In this document: positions 9,333-13,421 of the stretch, in pieces
Numbering within the stretch: position 1 is the stretch's first letter
How the letters are laid out: every line of letters starts with the position of its first letter
Assembly: GCA_031367385.1 (NCBI GenBank)
Contig: JANLPS010000035.1
Span: 1 to 13,421 of the forward strand
Length of the DNA: 13,421 nt
DNA from: Archangium sp.
GTDB lineage: Bacteria; Myxococcota; Myxococcia; Myxococcales; Myxococcaceae
Reading direction: 5' to 3'
Position numbers and translations under genes: made by a program
Notes under the pieces: model-generated
What the model was told of the DNA's origin: nothing
Database searches by the model: none
What the model saw: only the letters and a program-made list of their open reading frames with translations

Positions 9333-9877
9333 AACCGGGGTTCAGACCCGCCGCTCTGCTCAGAGGCATAGGCCCGCGTGATCTTCTCGACGAAGGTGGG
9401 CCGGCCGATTTCGGTCAGCAACCCGTAGAGGTACCCGCTGGTGATCGCGCGGGCGAGCTCACCTTGAACGGCATTGAGCGCGAAGGCTTCGGGCACGGAG
9501 GTCAGCCGCGCCTGCGCTTTCGTGAGCGCTGCCATCACCTGGTCGTGCATCACTTTGGGCAGCGTGGCCATCGCGGTGGCGAAGGCGGCGGCGTTGGTCG
9601 GTCTGACCGCCTCGGGCGGGGGCCGCATCGGCGGCGGCGTCGGGTGCGAGGCGTCTTGCGAGTTGAAGTGCTCCCGCAGCGCGACGATGACTTCAGGGTC
9701 CATCTTTTGGGTGATTTCGAACTCTCCGCTCGCGGCCGCTCTGGCCTCTTCGGCTTTCGCGCGTTGCAACGCTGCGAGCAGGGGCTTCAAGTTCTCGTTG
9801 CTCAGACGCGAGGTCTTCTCGAGATCATCGGGCGAATCGACGATGGTCGATTGCTCGACCCGGCTTGAAGAACCCAT
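9329..9877 (-). CDS. Hypothetical protein: disordered N-terminus, Pro-rich linker, helical C-terminal region
   Basis: ORF filling the gap between the thioredoxin and pLGIC genes with gene-like codon usage. ATG at 9877 with GGAGG upstream is preferred over the GTG at 9898. Its stop overlaps the convergent thioredoxin stop. No family recognised. Confidence 0.7.
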   Translation of the reverse strand: MGSSSRVEQSTIVDSPDDLEKTSRLSNENLKPLLAALQRAKAEEARAAASGEFEITQKMDPEVIVALREHFNSQDASHPTPPPMRPPPEAVRPTNAAAFATAMATLPKVMHDQVMAALTKAQARLTSVPEAFALNAVQGELARAITSGYLYGLLTEIGRPTFVEKITRAYASEQSGGSEPRF

Positions 9878-9997
9878 AGGCGTGCGCGCCCTCCCCACTG
9901 CGAAGTAGGAGCGAGGCTATTCTGATTCGGTTCACAGCGATGCGTGTGAAGGGCCCCCACACCTGACACCCAGGTAACCGTTTCACCCACACGTCAG

Positions 9998-10921
9998 TCA
10001 GTCGATGATGCTGAACAGCAGCACCACGAACAGAATGGGAAAAGCGATCGACCCGAACCGGTCGACGCGCTGCCACCCTTTTTCTTTGCCGAGGTAATTG
10101 AGGGTGAGCGACGCCACGGTGCCGATCAGTGAAACCAGAATCATGCCCAGGCACAGAAAAACCGTCTTGTCGGTGAGGGTCATGTAGTTCAAGTCGGGCA
10201 GCTGGGCGTTGATGGCGAGCATGCCGGCTGCCCCAGCGAAGAGCGCGCCGACTGAGACCGAGACGCGCGGGCTGGCGTCTTTGGGCCGAATGAAAAAAGC
10301 GCACCACGAGACCAGCACCGAGATCAGCAAGACGAAAACGACCTTGAAGTAGCGGGCGAAGCCGCTTCGATTGGCGCTGATCAACACCTCGTAGCGGCTG
10401 AAGTGGGTCTCGGCGCTTTCTGAAATCGAAACGTCACCGTAGTTCGAGTCGTAGCGGTGGTCGACGACGTGGGTTTCGAGCTTGGGCTCGATCGTCCACC
10501 CCGAGACGGCGACGCTGGGGTCGACGCCCTGACTACCGGGGTCGACTGTGAAGACGCCGCGGCTCGAGTCGATCTCCGAGTCTTCGATCACCAGCGCGAT
10601 CTTGTGATTGTCGAGCGGGTAACGCCGCAAGTCCCAGTGCTGGTGCACGGTCGCGTTGACTCGGGCCGCCGAGTAGTCTTGCCCGTCGGGCATTTTTTTC
10701 TTGATGATGTTGGTCTTCGAGTTGATTCGGCCGTCAATGATCTCGAAGGTGTCGACCGGCGATATCGTTCGGGCCGGCCCTCGAAACCAGACCCAGAAGT
10801 CGATGGTGTACTGGTTGTTCTTCAGATCGATGCTGGCGACCTGGTTGATGTAGACGCCGATGTTCGTCGTGGTGGGGGCAGGCGCCTGCGCGACCAGCAG
10901 GGCCGTCAAGAGTGTGAGCAT
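9998..10921 (-). CDS. Prokaryotic pentameric ligand-gated ion channel (Pro-loop/Cys-loop superfamily, GLIC/ELIC-like), 307 aa
   Basis: Short hydrophobic N-terminus; beta-rich ectodomain (GVYINQVASID...YTIDFWVWFR); Pro-loop DLRRYPLD; GW in loop F; pre-M1 Arg; four TM helices; M2-M3 loop LPDLNYMTLTD; M4 DRFGSIAFPILF, similar to GLIC SRIAFP. Confidence 0.92.
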   Translation of the reverse strand: MLTLLTALLVAQAPAPTTTNIGVYINQVASIDLKNNQYTIDFWVWFRGPARTISPVDTFEIIDGRINSKTNIIKKKMPDGQDYSAARVNATVHQHWDLRRYPLDNHKIALVIEDSEIDSSRGVFTVDPGSQGVDPSVAVSGWTIEPKLETHVVDHRYDSNYGDVSISESAETHFSRYEVLISANRSGFARYFKVVFVLLISVLVSWCAFFIRPKDASPRVSVSVGALFAGAAGMLAINAQLPDLNYMTLTDKTVFLCLGMILVSLIGTVASLTLNYLGKEKGWQRVDRFGSIAFPILFVVLLFSIID

Positions 10922-10975
10922 CGAGGCACGATACTTTCGCCGCGCTTCGAAGTCAGCGACCTTGTTGAAAGCTCA

Positions 10976-11068
10976 CTGGTTGAATTCACCTCCGAGCGCG
11001 CCGGGCTGGTGGCTGACCGCGATGTCGAGATACCCGTCGAAGTTGAACTCGCGCACCACGACGCGCAG
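10976..11068 (-). pseudogene. Possible gene remnant with an FG-GAP/VCBS-like DxNxDGxxD motif
   Basis: The intergenic DNA translates to LRVVVREFNFDGYLDIAVSHQPGALGGEFNQ* with GC3-rich codons and has no convincing start of its own. Confidence 0.45.
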
Positions 11069-12109
11069 CTACCGCGACCCGGTCTGATCAACCGCCTTGG
11101 TCTCGACGAGCGCCTTGTCGGTTCTCAGCGCCGAGGTGGCGATATCGGCCTGCTGCCGAACCGGCGCCGTCTTGGTCTCGGCCGCCGCGAGCGCCCGCAA
11201 GCGCCGCCCGTTCTGAAAATCGAGCAGCTCTCGCGGCAGGCTCAGCAAATGCCGTCGCAGCTCGTTGGCCGAGGGCGTTCGCTTTTCTAAATCACGCTCG
11301 AGCAACCGCATCACGATCTCGTCGAGCTGCGGCGGCACGTCGGGCCGAAACGCCGACGGCGCTTGAATTGGCGCCTCGAGCACCTGCTTCATCACTTCGA
11401 GCTCGTTGTCTCCGCGAAAGACCCGGTTGCCGGTCAGGCACTCATGCAACGTCAACCCCAGCGCGAAGAGGTCGGCTCTCGCGTCATACAGCGCGCTCCG
11501 CAGCTGTTCGGGCGCCGCGTAGACGACCTTGCCCCTCATCACGCCGACCGCGGTCATGCGCTCCTGGCCCGCCACGAGCGCAATGCCAAAGTCGGCGAGC
11601 TTCGCGTCTCCGTTGTGGGTCAGCATGATGTTGGGCGGGTTCAAGTCTCGATGAACCAGGTTCAGCATTTTGCCGGAGTTGCTGACCCGGCTGTGAATGT
11701 AGTCGAGCGCCTCGGTGAGCTGCCACGCGATGTGCACCACGATCTGCACCGCGAGCGGCTGGTTGACCAACCGCGAGTGGCTGATCAGGTCTTTGAGCGA
11801 GACCCCGTCGATGTACTCCATCGCCAAGAACGAGGTGCCCTGGTAGGTGCCGAAGTCGAGCACCTGCACGATGCCCGGGTGCGCCAGCATCGCGCCGACC
11901 TCGGCCTCTTGGCGAAACATCGCCATCGCCACTTCTTGATCAGCGAACGACGGCAAGATGCGCTTGACCGCCACCCGGCGCTCGAAGCCGCCCTCGGGTG
12001 AATAGGTGGCCTCGAAGACCTCGGCCATGCCCCCCAACCCGATGCGCTTGCCCAGCACGTATTTGCCGAGCAGATCTTGCGCGCGCGAAGTGTGCACCAG
12101 GCCTCGCAT
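11069..12109 (-). CDS. Ser/Thr protein kinase domain (C-terminal part of the frameshifted gene above)
   Basis: IGLGGMAEVF, VAVKRI, HRDLNPPN, DFG, GKVVYAAPEQ, DLFALG: Hanks subdomains all present. Confidence 0.93.
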   Translation of the reverse strand: MRGLVHTSRAQDLLGKYVLGKRIGLGGMAEVFEATYSPEGGFERRVAVKRILPSFADQEVAMAMFRQEAEVGAMLAHPGIVQVLDFGTYQGTSFLAMEYIDGVSLKDLISHSRLVNQPLAVQIVVHIAWQLTEALDYIHSRVSNSGKMLNLVHRDLNPPNIMLTHNGDAKLADFGIALVAGQERMTAVGVMRGKVVYAAPEQLRSALYDARADLFALGLTLHECLTGNRVFRGDNELEVMKQVLEAPIQAPSAFRPDVPPQLDEIVMRLLERDLEKRTPSANELRRHLLSLPRELLDFQNGRRLRALAAAETKTAPVRQQADIATSALRTDKALVETKAVDQTGSR

Positions 12110-12665
12110 GCGACCGACGATGGCGAGCAGGGCCAGGGGTGATCACCGCCCACGACATCAAGGTGAGCCCGAGCACGCCGGGGCTCAAACCGACGTACGA
12201 GGCCCGGTAGAGAATCGGTACGAGGGCGATCATCGAGGTCAAGATGATCACCCGCTGCGAGAGCGACATCACCGTGACGACCATGAAGGCGAACATCATC
12301 GCCGGTGTGTTGACCATGCCCATCAGCGGCGACGGCAGGTGCGGCGTCTGCAACACCTGACCTACCGCCACGATCGGCACGTCGAAGAGCGGCACGATCC
12401 ACCCGGCGCTTTTGACCAGCTTGCCGGTGACCAGCAGCCGCCAGATCACGACCGAGAGCACCACGTGCATCGAGCCTGAGATCAGCGACGTCGTGTACGA
12501 GTGCCAGTCTCCGGTGATGCTGAAGATGATCAGCGCCACCACCGCCGCCAGCGAGCCAAAGATGCGCAGGCGAGCGAGCACCGTCGCGAGCACCACCCGC
12601 TCTGCGTCGAGCACCTTCTCGAGCGCGGCGCGAAACGATGAGTTCGAAACCTGCGCGGTCGCCAT
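11069..12665 (-). pseudogene. Six-TM membrane domain fused to a Hanks-type Ser/Thr kinase, interrupted by one extra base at 12136-12139 (real frameshift or sequencing error)
   Basis: From ATG 12665 (MATAQ...) a polytopic hydrophobic domain reads to ...LMSWAVIT. Deleting one G from GGGG (12136-12139) continues with LALLAIVGRMRGLVH...LLGKY into the kinase frame, giving one 531-aa ORF. Confidence 0.85.
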
Positions 12666-12834
12666 CGTTGGAGCGCAACCTAGCCGAATCGGCCTGGCGC
12701 CAGAGCCCTCTCGCCTCGCGAACCCCCTGACAGGTGACAGCCCCGCGTGCGACAGCGACGTAGCGGCACCCACATCAGCCTGCCTCGTTCTCTTGACTGT
12801 GCCGCCCGCTCGTCGAGAGTGGGCCTGCCGCAGC

Positions 12835-13421
12835 ATGACCACGAAAACCAAACCGGAGCGCAGCGAACCCGAAGACGAGGGCACCCTCACTGGGCGGGTC
12901 TTGGGCGACTTCTCTGTGCTCACCAAGCTCGGGCAAGGGGGCGTCGGCGCCGCGTACATCGCCAACCAGACGCTGCTGGGCCGCGAGGCGGTGATCAAGG
13001 TCTTGCGCGCCGGCAGTGAAGCAGACGGCTTCACCCAGTCACGCTTCTTGCGCGAAGCCCGCCTCGCCTCGCGAATCGATCACCCCTTCGCGGTGCAGGT
13101 CTACGCCTTCGGCGCCGAGCCCGACGGCCTGTTGTGGATCGCGATGGAGCTGGTGCGCGGGGTGCCGTTGTCGGCCTGGCTCAAAGAGCATGGCCCGATG
13201 CCGCTGGCCCAGTTCGCGCCCTTCTTCGACACTCTCTGTGACGTCGTCGACGCGGTGCACGAGAAAGGCATCGTTCACCGCGACTTGAAGCCGTCGAACG
13301 TGATGGTGATGGTGCGCAACGGGCGGTTGCTGCCAAAGCTGCTCGACCTCGGCATCGCCACGGTGGTCAGCCGCCCGAACGCCGCGAAGATCTCGATCGA
13401 CGAAGCGGCCTTTTTCGCGTC
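12835..13421 (+). CDS. Ser/Thr protein kinase, N-terminal part (runs off the window)
   Basis: Not in the ORF track; translated by hand from ATG 12835: MTTKTKPERS...LGQGGVGAAY...EAVIKVL...RFLREA...LWIAMELVRG...VHRDLKPSNVM...KLLDLGIA. Open to the window end. Confidence 0.95.
   Translation, partial: MTTKTKPERSEPEDEGTLTGRVLGDFSVLTKLGQGGVGAAYIANQTLLGREAVIKVLRAGSEADGFTQSRFLREARLASRIDHPFAVQVYAFGAEPDGLLWIAMELVRGVPLSAWLKEHGPMPLAQFAPFFDTLCDVVDAVHEKGIVHRDLKPSNVMVMVRNGRLLPKLLDLGIATVVSRPNAAKISIDEAAFFA

Noticed and set aside
9964..9993. Partial third match to the ECF motif (TGACACC-N17-CACACG)
   Set aside because: Only 9 of 13 bases match and it points antisense into the pLGIC 3' end; not supportable without transcript data.
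10922..10935. TATCGT 6 nt upstream of the pLGIC ATG as a possible leaderless -10 element
   Set aside because: A single degenerate hexamer with no matching -35; too weak to call.
9101..12001. Alternative-frame or antisense ORFs 9101-9868, 10457-11290 and 11363-12001
   Set aside because: They overlap the thioredoxin, hypothetical, pLGIC and kinase genes and have no recognisable features.
12793..12822. TTGACT -35-like hexamer before the second kinase (another lies on the minus strand before cheY)
   Set aside because: No credible -10 element at 16-18 nt spacing in either case.
12666..13034. First 123 codons of the listed ORF 11940..13034
   Set aside because: Antisense to the second kinase and spans the intergenic region; protein-like sequence starts only at ATG 12665.

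Overview
High-GC bacterial DNA, most likely myxobacterial (inferred from gene content), almost entirely signal-transduction genes. Left, minus strand: a tightly coupled chemosensory operon cheY-cheA-cheW-mcp-HEAT repeat protein-cheR (cheR cut by the window edge), matching the gene order of the Myxococcus xanthus Che7 system. Its sensor-less 849-aa chemoreceptor is a symmetric hairpin built from 28-aa repeats. Divergent from it is a Cys-rich ECF sigma factor overlapping an atypical thioredoxin; both genes are preceded by the same bipartite motif TGACACA-N17-CACTGC, a candidate self-recognised promoter, and there is no adjacent anti-sigma gene. Right: a hypothetical protein, a prokaryotic pentameric ligand-gated ion channel (pLGIC), a short gene remnant, a 6-TM Ser/Thr kinase split by a one-base frameshift, and a second, divergent Ser/Thr kinase cut by the right edge. 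No RNA genes, CRISPR arrays or mobile elements were recognised.
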